From NCBI RefSeq assembly GCF_004010195.1, contig NC_057750.1:3649450-3713449 (forward strand): a stretch of 64,000 bases of DNA, in the 5' to 3' direction. The first letter of the stretch is position 1. Every line of letters begins with the position of its first letter. The notes under the pieces are model-generated. The model saw only the letters and a program-made list of their open reading frames with translations, did not search any database and had not been told where the DNA came from. Made by a program: the position numbers and the translations under genes. This document shows positions 14,301 through 26,300 of the stretch, piece by piece. This stretch comes from Chiloscyllium plagiosum. Lineage: Eukaryota.

Positions 14301-17300
14301 GGCTTGGTCCCTTTCCTGTCTTTGTAGATCAATGCTGGACTGTTACTTGGAATACTACAGAAGAGGCATTCAGATTGGCCAAGAAAAATAATAGGTCTGA
14401 GAACCAGTTTAGAATTCAGCAAAGAAGGACCAAGGGATTGATTAAGAAAGGGAAAACACAGTACAAAGGTAAGCTTGCATGGAACATAAAGGCTGACACA
14501 AAGAGTTTCTGTCGGTATGTAAAGAGAAAGAGATTGGTGAAGACAAGTGTAGGTCCCCTACACATAGAAATGGGAAAATTAGTAGTAGAGGACAAAGAAA
14601 TGGCTGAGCAACTGAATACATACTTTGGTTCTGTCTTCACAAAAAAGGACACAAATTAGATACCAGAAATGTTGGAGAATGCATGATTTAATGAGAGGGA
14701 AGAACTGAAGGAGGTCAATATTAGTAGAGAAATGTTGAGAAAATTGAGGGGTCTGAAGCTGAATAAATCTGCAGAACCTGATAGTCTACATCCCAGGGTA
14801 TACATTCTTAGAAATAGCGGATACATTAGTGGTCATCTTCCAGGATTCTATAAACTCTGGTACAGTCCCTGCAGATTGGAGGGTAGCTAATGTTACTCTA
14901 ATATTCAAAAAGTGAAGAAGAGAGAAACCAGGGATTTAGAGACTAGTATGCCTAACATTGGTCATGAGGAAAATTCTTGAATCTATTCTCAAGGACTATG
15001 TAGCGGAGCATTTAGAAAGCAGTGGCAGTGACACTGTCATATAAAGCTCCGAAAGGATTTAAGCAAGCCATTCTAGCGTGCATTCCATAACTCACATTGT
15101 AAATTAAAGCTGCACTTTAATATCTTTTTTTAAATTTATTTATTCATTCTGTGGGATGTGGGTGTTGTTGGCTGGCCAGCATTTATTGCCTGTCCCTAGT
15201 TGCCCTTAAGAAGATGGTGGTGAGCTGCCTTCTTAAACTGCTGCAGTTCACCTGCTGTGGGTTGACCCACAACAACATTAAGGAGGGAATTCTAGGATTT
15301 TGACCCAGCAACCATGAAGGTACTGCGATATATTTCCATGTCAGGGTGGTGAATGGCTTGGAGAATGTGATGATGCTGCTTCTTTAACAAGGTTATACTG
15401 TCCTTCGCTTTTTCTTCAGTGAGGTCATAAAAGCAACGATTCTGAAAAGTCTAGGTTTGAAGGGTTTTAGGGCCAATTTGATTATAGCTAACAGAAACTG
15501 CCTCCGACAAAAGGCTTTCAAGTTTACAAAAAGGACATACAATGAAAGGGAAGTGGTCAGTTTTTCCAGCTCAGGCAGAAGGCTGGAAGAATTCAGCAAG
15601 CCAGGCAGCATCAGGAGATGGAGAAGTCGCGATTCGGATGTAACCTTTCTTAAAAACTGAAGAAGGGTTACACCTGAAACGTCGACCTCTCCACCCCCTG
15701 ATGCTGCCTGGCTTGCTATGTTGTTCTAGCCTCCTGCCTGTCAACTTTGGATTCCAGCATCTGCAGTTTTCTTGTCTATACCCAAGTTTTTCTAGCTCAG
15801 CTTTTCTTTGGTTTGGTTTGGTTTGGTTTCGTTTTTTTTTTAGCAGTCTGGCTGTTCACTGAAAGCAGGCCACCAGTCAGTTTGAGGCTGCTGGTCCAAG
15901 AAACAGCTATATGGAAGAAGGTATTCCATGCTGAGTTCCTCTGCCATCTCTCTCCTTTAAGACCCTGTGTTTGATTTTACCTTTTTTGCCAAGGGTATTT
16001 AAGGGAATTGTTGCATAATTAAGTTGGGATATCTGTTGGGTTTTCGGATAGGTTAAGTTATTCTGTTTTGTTTGTGTTTTATTCAGTAATCATGTAAATA
16101 CATTCTGTTTTGTTTAAAACTAAGTGGTTGGGCCAGCTGTGTCTCTCCTGGAATATCCACTGTACACCTGCTTAAACAACTAGCAAAGTTAGAGTCTGGG
16201 TTACCTCCTTGAAATGTTTTGAGGGGGTCTGACCTAGTTCATAAAGAGGGGATCTTGAAGATGGTGGTGTTCCCATGTATCTGCTGCCCTTGTCCTTCTA
16301 GATGAAAGTGGTCATGAGTTTGCAAGATGCTGTCTGAGGATCTTTGGTGAATTTTTGCAGTGCATCTTGTAGTTGGTACACACTGCTGCTACTGAGCATC
16401 AGTGGTGGAGGGAGTGGATGCTTGTGGATGCAGTGCCAACCACGTGGGCTGCTTTGTCCTGGATGGTGTCAAGCTTCTTGAGTGTTATTGGAGCTGCACT
16501 CTTCCAGACAAGTGGGAAGTATTCCATCACAATCCTGATTTTGTCTTGTAGAAGCTGGACAGTCTTTGGGAGATGAGTTATGTGCCACAGTATTCCTAGC
16601 TTCTGACCAGCTTTTGTAACCACTGCGTTTATGCAGTGAGTCCAGTTGAGTTTCTGATCGATGAAAACTCCCAGAATATTGATATTGGTGGATTCAGTGA
16701 TGGTAACACCATTGAATGTCAAAGGACAGTGGTTAGATTGTCTCTTGTTGGGGATGGTCATAGCCTGGCGTTTGTGTAGCACAAATGTTATTTGCTACTT
16801 GTCAGCCCAAGCCTGGATATTGTACAGATCTTGTTGCATTTGGACATGGACTGCTTCAGTATCTGAGAAGTTGCAAATGGTGCTGAACATTATGCAATCA
16901 TTTGCAAACATCACCACATCTGACCTTATGATGGAGAGATTAGATTAGATTAGATTACAGTGTGGAAACAGGCCCTTCGCCCCAACAAGTCCACACCGAC
17001 CCGCCGAAGCAAAACCCACCCATACCCCTACATTTACCCCTTACCTAACACTACGGGCAATTTAGTATGGCCAATTCATCTGACCCTGCACATCTTTGGA
17101 CTGTGGGAGGAAACCGGAGCATCCGGAGGAAACCCACGCAGACACGGGGAGAACATGCAAACTCCACACAGTCAGTCGCCTGAGGCGGGAATTGAACCCG
17201 GGTCTCTGGCACTGTGAGGCAACAGTGCTAACCACTGTGCCACCGTGCCGCCCATAATGGTCATTGATGAATCAGCTGAAGATGGTTGGGCCTAGGACAC

Positions 17301-20300
17301 TACCCTGAGAACTCCTGCAGAGATGCTCTGGAGCTGAGTTGACTGACCTCCAACAGCCACGACCATCTTTCTCTGTATCAGGTATGGCTCCAACCACTGG
17401 AGAGTTTTCCCCCTGGCACCCATTGATTTCAATTTTGCAAGGGCTCCATGATGCCTCATTCAGTTGAATACAGCCTTGATGTCAAGGGCTGTCACTCTTA
17501 CCTCACCTCTGAAATTCACCTCTTTTGTCCATATTTGAACCAAGACAATGAAATCAGGAGCTGAGTGGCTCAGGTGAAACTGAAACTGGGTGTCACTGAA
17601 CAGATTATTGCTAAGTAGGTGCTGTCTGATAGTACTGTTGATAACATCTTCGATTTCTTTACTGATGATAGACAGTAGACTGATGGGCGGGATTTGGCTG
17701 GGTTGGATTTGCCCTGCCTTTTATGTACAGAATATACTTGGGCGATTTTCCACATGGTCAGGTAGATGCCAGTGTTGTAATTGTATTGGAACAGCTTGGC
17801 TAGAGGATCGGCAAGTTCTGGAGCACACATCTTCAGTACAATTGCTGGAATTTTGTCATGGCTTGTAGCTTTTGCAGTATCCAGTGCCTCCAACCATTTC
17901 TTAGTATCATATGGCATGAATCGAATTGGCTGAACACTGGTGTCTGTAATTCTGGGGACCACTGGAGGAGGTCAAGATGGATAATCCACTCGACACTTCT
18001 GGCTGAAGATTACTGTGAAAACTTCAGCCTCATCTTTGGCACTGATGTGCTGGGCTCTTCCACCGTTGAGGTTGGGGATAGTTGTGGAGCCTCCTCGTCC
18101 ACTGCCATTCACAACTGGATGTGGCAGAACTGCAGAGCTTAGATTTGATCTGTTTGTTGTGGGATCGCTTAGCTCTATCTATCACTTGTTGCTGATGTTG
18201 CATGCAAGTAGTCCTGTTTGGTGGCTTCACCAGGTTGACACCTCATCTTCAGGTATATCTGGTGCTGTTCCTGGCATGTCTTCCTGCACTCTCCATTGAA
18301 CCAAGGTTGACTCCCTGGCTTGATGGTAATGGTTGAGTGGGGGATATGCCAGGCCACAAGGTTACAAATTGTGCTGGATACAATTGTGCTGCTGTTGCTG
18401 GCCCACAGAAAGTCATGGATGCCTGTTCTTGAGTTGCTATATCTGTTCAAGGTCTGTCCCATTTAGCACAGTGATTGTGCAACACAATGTGATGGAGGTC
18501 ATTCTCAATGTGAAGGTGGAACATCGTCTCCACAAGGACTGTGCGGGGCCACTCTTACTGATACTGTCATGGACAGATGCATCTGCAGCTGGCAGGATGA
18601 GGTCAAATATGTTTTTCCCTCTTGTTGGTTCCCTTACCACCTGCCACAGAGCCAGTACTGCAGCTATGTCCTTTAGGACCTGACCAGCTCAATCAGTACT
18701 ACTGTTGGTGAGCCATACTTGGTGCTGGACATTGAGTCACATGTAGGCCAGACCCTCCCTGAAGGACATTAGTGAGCCAGATGGGTTTTTCCGACAATCG
18801 ACAATGGTTTCATGGTCATCAGTAGATTTTAATTGCAGATTTTATTTTATTGAATTCAAATTCCACCAACTGCCATGGCAGGATTTGAACCTGAGCCCCC
18901 CAAGTCTTATCTGGGTCTCTGGATTAATAGTCTAGCAAGAAAACACTCGGCCAATCTAGATCTACATCTAGAAAATCTAGTCATTTTCTTTTTGAAATTT
19001 CCAACCGGAACTCTATCAACAAACACATCGAGTTAGATCCCATCTAACACCCCCTGAGAAAAAAAACAGGAAATGACATCACACAAAATGACATCACCAA
19101 CCCAAACATATAAATAGAAAGCAGGAATTATCAGCAGTGCTTCACCCTGAGGCCTACTGAAGATGTTACCTAGTACGGTGATAAAACATCTGGAAATGAA
19201 CCTTCCAACTCAGCAAGCAAACCTATGTCCAGAACCTCAACCTGAGCTACAAATCTTCTCAAAACTCACTATTTCCTGTCACTTAATTTAGTAAATATTG
19301 CTTTTCTCAAAGAGCTAAATGTTGTTTATGGGATTTTGCAGTTTGCAATTTGGCCAGTTACCTACAGTACAACAATTCCTTCACTTCAAAAGAACTTCAT
19401 TGGCTGTCAAGCACTTTTGAATATCCTGAGGACATAAAAATGAGATATATATGCATGTTTTTCATTTATCTTTCATAAAGAGGAGCCATCTGCATGAAAA
19501 TGTATGCAACAAAATTTTAATCATTTGCTCACAAACACACAGTTATATAGCACAAATTGCACTGTTATGAAACATACAGTTATCTTTGAGCGATCTCTCA
19601 GCCAAAATCATTATTTTGTTCTTTAGGTGTATGATATGCATATACAAAAACAGTCTCCTCTCCTAAGAGGCAAAGTTAAAAGTCTGCATACCTTTACCTG
19701 TGTTGCGAATCAGAGTCCTTGTGGTGGGTCGAAGCTTTATTCCTTGTTCTGGGATTAGAGAAGAAAATAATCGAAAAGACACTATTATTGACGTTAGTAT
19801 TATCTATTCTACTCATGCTGTTGGATGAATGGCCAAAAACATAGAGCAGCCTTTAAAGATAAAATGGAAAGGGCTTGTATAATTCCGTTTTGATGCCGCA
19901 ACTCAAATATTATCATCTTTTTCCTTCCTCCTGTCCAGAAGCACCATTTACTAGAAACCACTTTGCACCATTGTTCCACAAAATATCTCAAAAATGTAGT
20001 GCAACAATTCAATTATATCACACTGTTAGGCCACCAAAGCACTTTTAAGCTTAATCATTTTACAGCTGCTTTCACAACAACTTGCATTTATATAGTGCCC
20101 TTAACATAGTAAAAAGTTTATCAGCACCATTTTCTGGCAAACCTTGACACCAAGTCACACAAGCAGCTATTAGAATTAGTGATAAAATCATGGTCCAAAA
20201 TGTAAGTTTTACAGAATATCTTATAAGGTCAAAAGCTGGAGAGACTTGGGTTTAGACAGCCAAAGCTTTGACTGCTAATGGTAGAACAATAAAAGTCAGG

Positions 20301-23300
20301 AAAACAGATTTTGAGGAAAGCAGCAATCTCGGAGGCATGATAAAATGTAAAAGTGCCGTGTACCTAAAGAAGTCAATGTTGTACTTCAAATAAAATTTGT
20401 TGATTTTAATGACTGAGAGTAGTCACCTAAGTGGATATTGGGAAGTTGTTTTCAAGAGAGAGTCAGAGATGGAAGGGTTTAGGTAGAGAATTTCATAATT
20501 TATTATTGTGGTGGTGAAGGATTTGCCAGTATTGGTTTAATGAAAATCTTTAAATCTGAAAACTGTACTCTAGTTGATTTGTAATGGAAATTCAGTTTAC
20601 ATAAGTGGTTAAAGTGTAAGTATTATTTTATAGCATTAACAACCTCTTCATTACCACCATAAATGTATTCAGCTTGTAACTGAACAAATAAATTATTTTA
20701 AAACATTCTTTAATTATTTTCCATTCAATTCATTGAGCCCATCAGGTTGAAGAACATTACTGTTGCAGTCAAATACTTTTCCATTTCAGATGAGGGGCAA
20801 CCTTTTTGTTTTACAGAGTGTGGTTTGTGTGTGGAACGAACTTCTGGAGGAGATGATGGATGCAGGTACAGTTGCAATATTTAAAAGACATTTGGATAAA
20901 TACATGAATAGAAAAGGTTTGGAGGGATATGGGCCAAATGCAGGCAAATAGGACAAGTTGGAATGAATGGTCTGTTTCTATGCTATATCACTCTATGACT
21001 CTATTTCTGTATGACATCTCAATCTCCTTATCGATTACTCAGATATGTTAGAGCTATGGTTCCACTATTTGACTAATACTGTGCCTTAGCCAGTGCTCCC
21101 TCACTGCACTTGTGAACTTTTCCCATGCTAGCATTAAATTGACTTCTTTAATTAATGCCACAGAAATATAGAATTGCTACAACACAAAGAGGTCATTTGA
21201 CTCATAATGTCCATGCGAGCTGTCAAACTGGCAATTTATTTAGTACCTACCTTCTTCCCATTACCCACACATTCTTCTTTTTCAGATAATAATTAAATTT
21301 TCTTTGAGTGCCTCAATTGAACCCATAGCTGGTGAACACACTTAGGCAGCAATTTTCAGATCTTAACTACTTGCTGGATGTAAAGGTTATTCCTCATGTC
21401 CTCTTGGCTTCTTTTGGCAGTTACCTTAAATTTGAGCCTTTTCATTTTCAGTCATTCCATCAGTAAGAACAATTTTGTCATTTCTATTCTGTCCAAACCC
21501 CTCAACTTTGAATGTCTAAAATTTCCTCTAACCTTCTCTTCTGCATAGAAAACAGTCTCAACTAATCCAATCTATCTGCATAATTGAACTTCAACGGCAT
21601 GATAGCTCAGTGGTTAGCACGGCTGCCTCACAGCGCCAGGGATCCAGGTTCGATTCCAGCCTTCGGTGACTGTCTGTGTGGAATTTGCACATTCTCCCCG
21701 TGTCTGCGTGGGTTTCCTCTGGGTGCTCCAGTTTCCTCCCCAGTCCAAAGATGTGCAGGTCAGGTGAATTGCCTGTAGTGTTAGGTGCAATAGTCAGGGA
21801 TGAATGTAGGGGAATGGGTCTGGGTGGGTTGTTCTTCAGAGGGTCGTGTGGACTTGTTGGGCCGAAGGGTCTGTTTCCACACTGTAGGGAATATGATCTG
21901 ATCTGAACATCCCTGGAATCTTTCTTGAAACTCTTTTTTGAACTTTCTCTACAGCTTTCACATCTTTCTAAAGTGTGGCACTGAGAACTGAATGCAAAAC
22001 TCCTACTGAGGTAAAACCAGTATTTTGTGCAAGTAAAACATAACTTCCTTGCTGTTGTATTCTATTCCCCTTTTAATAAAGCCTAAGATATTGGAAGCAT
22101 TACTACTGCTCTCAACTCTCCTGCTACCTTCAAAATCAAAGCTCCCAGATACTCATATCCTTCTGCTCCTGTAACTCTTTTAGAATTGTACTCTTAATGA
22201 GAGCTTCATTATTCCTTCTACCAAAATGAATCACTTCACATTTCTTTGCTTGGAATTTCATCTGTAACTTGTCCGCTTAGGTAATTAACCTATCCAAGTC
22301 CTTCAGATATCTCGACTATCCTCCTCAAAGTTCATAAATCTTCCAAATTTCATATCATTTGAAATTATACCATGTACACCAAGGTCTGGGTCATAAAAAT
22401 AAAACATGAAGAGCAAACAACCCAACATTAAGCCCTGGGGAACTCCAGTGCAAGCCTTCAATCTGAAAAAAATCCATTAACCACTTTAAAAATAGAAAAC
22501 GCTCGAGAAATCAGCAGGTATGGCAGCATCCGTAGAGAGAAAGTAGAGTCAACATTTCAGGTCCTGAGACTCTTCTTTAGATCTGCACCATTCTGAAGAG
22601 TCACTGGACCCAAAACATTGACTCTGCATTCTCTCCACAGATGCTGCCACACCCACTGAATCTCTCCAACAATTTCTGCTTTTGTTTCAGATTTCTAGGA
22701 TTTGCAGTTCTTTGTTTTTTTCCATTAGCCATTACTGTTTCTTGTCAGTCAACCAATTTCACATGCATGTTGCTACTGATTCTTTAATTTCATGAGCTGT
22801 AACTTGGCTGACTTGTTTATTGGAGGAGAAAGTGAGGTCTGCAGATGCTGGAGATCAGAGCTGAAAATGTGTTGCTGGAAAAGCGCAGCAGGTCAGGCAG
22901 CATCCAGGGAACAGGAGAATCGACGTTTCGGGCATAAGCCCTTCTTCAGGAATGAGGAAAGTTTGTCCAGCAGGCTAAGATAAAAGGTAGGGAGGAGGGA
23001 CTTGGGGGAGTGGCGTCGGAAATGTGATAGGTGGAAAGAGGTAAAGGTGAGGGTGATAGGTCAGACNNNNNNNNNNNNNNNNNNNNNNNNNNNNNNNNNN
23101 NNNNNNNNNNNNNNNNNNNNNNNNNNNNNNNNNNNNNNNNNNNNNNNNNNNNNNNNNNNNNNNNNNNNNNNNNNNNNNNNNGCTCCGCAAGTAGCCTGCC
23201 TGTCTCCCCAATATAGAGGAGGCCACATCGGGTGCAGAGGATGCAATAGATAATGTGTGTGGAGGTGCAGGTGAATCTGTGGCGGATATGGAAGTTTCCT

Positions 23301-26300
23301 TTGGGGCCTTGGAGGGAGGTGAGGGGGGAGGTGTGGGCGCAAGTCTTGCACCTCCTGCGGTTGCAGGGGAAGGTGCCGGGAGTGACTTGTTTATTATGCA
23401 ACAATGTACCGAATGTGGTTTGGAAGTCCATGTACACCACACCAACAGCATTATCCTCAGCAACCTTCTGTATTATCTTTTCAAACAAAATGCTTCAATA
23501 AGAAAGTTAAACAGAATTTATTCTTAAGAAATCCATGCTAGCTTTCCTGAAGGAACCTGCATTCATCCAAATTACTAGCAGTTTTGTCTTGAAATATGGT
23601 TTCCAGAAGCTGCAGGTTTCATAGCCTCTGACCTGTCTTTGTAGCCACAGTATTTATATTGCTAGTTCAATTTCTAGTTAGAAATTTCAATTTGTTTCTT
23701 GGCTAGGTATGGCTTCAACCAGCAGAGAGTTTGCTCCCGATTCTCTTTGACTGTAACTTTTCTAGGGCTTGTTGATGCTACACTCAGTAAAATGTTGTGT
23801 TGATTTCACTCTCATCTTAACTCTCAGCTATCTTGTTTGGATCAAGGCTGCACTGAGGCCTGGAGCTGAGTGGCACTGGAGTGGAGAATCAGTGAGCAGG
23901 TTATTGCTAGGATAGTGCTGCTTAGTAGCACTGTTGATGATCTATTCCATCGCTTTACTGATGATAGTGAGTGGGCTGATAAGATGGTAATTGTCTGGAG
24001 CATAAGTCTCCAATACTGTTGCCTTAATTTTGACAGGGCCTATTGCTTTTACAGTATCTTGTGCATTCATCCGTTTTTTGAGATCATGTGGAGTGAATCA
24101 AATTGCCTGAAGACTGGCATTTCTAATGTTGGGGATCTCTAGAGGATGCCAAAGTAGATCATCCATTCACCACTTCTGACTGAAAATTTTTGCAAATGCT
24201 TCAGCCTTATGTTCTGCACTGATGTACTGGGCTTCTCCTGATTGAGGATGGGAACCTTCACCTCCAGTCAATTTAATTTTCCACCATCATTCGTGACTAG
24301 ATGTGACAGCACTGCAGAGCTTAGATCTGATCCATTGGTTGTGAGATCGCTTAGCTCAATCACTTGTTGCTTATGATATCTGGCACACAAGTGGTCTGAT
24401 TTTGTAGCTTCACCAGGTTGACACCTTGCTTTTAATTATGCCTAGTGTTGCTCCTAGCATGCCTCGTAGATTTTTTAATTGATCTAAGGTTGGTCCCCTG
24501 GCTTGATGGTAATTCGCAGTGTATTTTTGATCCCTAGTTGGTCCCATTCTTCCTTTTAGTACCTTCATCTATGTGCATATTGAAGACTTAGTGATACCCT
24601 TTTAAGATTGTCTGGCAGTTTTTCTCCTACTCTGATTCTCTTTTCACTTCCCCTTTGAAGTGCGTTTTGGACAGTTTCGTACTGTGCAACAGGCACCCTA
24701 GGAACTAGATTGGGACTGCACACTTCATTTTCTGTTGGGGCAAAACAGCCACAGAGGGAAGAGAGTTTTTTCTCACCATTTTGGACTTATATTGAGTCCA
24801 GAGACCATAGCTCATAGGCATGTCAGCTTATTCAGTCAAGGGTGCAGCACAGAGCTGCAGCAATATCAAGCAAAATGGCTGAAAGCTTTTAACTTACGCA
24901 TCCTGCTAGAGTCACGCCCTCGCTGGGATGTTTTGTCCTTAGTAGAATCTGGAAGGGAAAATTTGGGGATAAATTCTTTCTAAATTACCTACATTTCACT
25001 GTTCACTGCATTGAGATTTCCTCAATGGGCTCTACAATTATTTATAACAATATTATAATGACTTTTCTTGTGTGGCATTGCTATGATACAAAAGAATTGC
25101 CTGGTAGAAATCTTTGATTTGAGAGCGAGATTGCCATTCAAATTAAAGGTATATTCTTAATCCTTTAAAACAGAAATCATGACATATTATATATTTGAAT
25201 ATAACAGCCACCTGACGGTGGGAAGGGAGAGAGGTCAATGGTTTATAGGAAATCACCACAAGCCAATTTGTGTTTGCTTCAAGATTTGAGTTGGGACTCA
25301 TTAAATGATAGATTGATACTGAATACCAAATGAGGACTTCATGCAGTTGCTTTGGAGTGCAAGAATACAGTGATTCTCCTGTAGCACACTGTGTTTGCAC
25401 TAACAGATCCTACAGCTAACAAACATTTAATGGCACTGCTTGTCTGAGACCTTGATGTTAGCTGTAGGGTCAATTTTGTTTTATACTGTAAAGTTAGGCA
25501 AGGTTGGGAGAGAGATGCATTTTCCACAGTGGACACAAACTTCTGGCTCTCTCTCTTTCTCTGAACTCAAAGCTATGTGCTCAAGCTCCAATCAAGAGAC
25601 TTGAGCATAAACTCTGGCTTGACATACCAATATGCTACTAAGGAAGTAACTTACTGTCAGAAGTAGTATGAGACTTTCAAGTAACTAGACTGGGACTGCA
25701 CACTTCAATTTCTACTGAGCCAAAACAGCCGCAGAGGGAAGAGAGTTTCCTCTCAATATTTTGGACTCAATTAGAATCCAGAGACCAGAGATGCAAGGAC
25801 AGTAGACCATATTCAGAAGTCTGAAGTGCAAAGAGACTTGGGAGTTCCAGTGCAGGATTCTCTCAAAATAAACTTGCAGGTTGAGTCGGTGGTTAGGAAG
25901 GCAAATACAATGTTGGCATTTATTTTGAGAGGACTTGAATATAAATCGGGGTGTACTTCTGAGGCTCTGTAAGGCTCTGGTCAGACCACAGTTGGAATAC
26001 TGTGTGCAGTTTTGGGCCCCATATCTCAGGGAGGATGTACTGGCCCTGGAGGGGGTTCAGAGGAGGTTCACAAGAATGGTCCCAGGAATGAAAAGCTTAA
26101 CATATGGGGAACGTTTGAGGACTCTGAGTCTATACTTGATGAAGTTTAGAAGAATGAGAGGAATCTAATTGAAACTTACAGAATACTGAATGGCCTGGAC
26201 AGACTGGATGTTGGGAAGATGTTTCCATTGGTAGGAGAGACTGGGACCTGAGAGCACAGCCTTAGAGTAAAGGGAAGACCTTCTAGAATGGAGATAAGGA

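Larger units (their letters stand above)
15125..18732 (-). mobile_element. CR1/L2-group LINE (second family), interrupted by a solo LTR and a SINE
   Basis: Minus-strand ORF2 fragments (PTRGKNIFDLIL, CAPELADPLAKLFQ, ILGVFIDQKLNW); 3' tail 15125-15365 resumes at 16246; paralogous to 51745-55830. Confidence 0.88.
22822..23382 (-). mobile_element. 5'-truncated Penelope-like element (Neptune-type Cys-rich linker + GIY-YIG), spans an assembly gap
   Basis: PGTFPCNRRRCKTC...FTCTSTHIIYCILCTRCGLLYIGETGRLLAE; perfect 13-bp TSD TGACTTGTTTATT (22809-22821, 23383-23395). Confidence 0.88.

Noticed and set aside
25360..25415. Alternative exon 5 candidate (ctgtag|GATCT..., GSVSANT) resembling the start of the SMOC1 linker
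   Set aside because: Weak pyrimidine tract and no good phase-1 donor at the expected length; 24948-24898 has much better splice sites.
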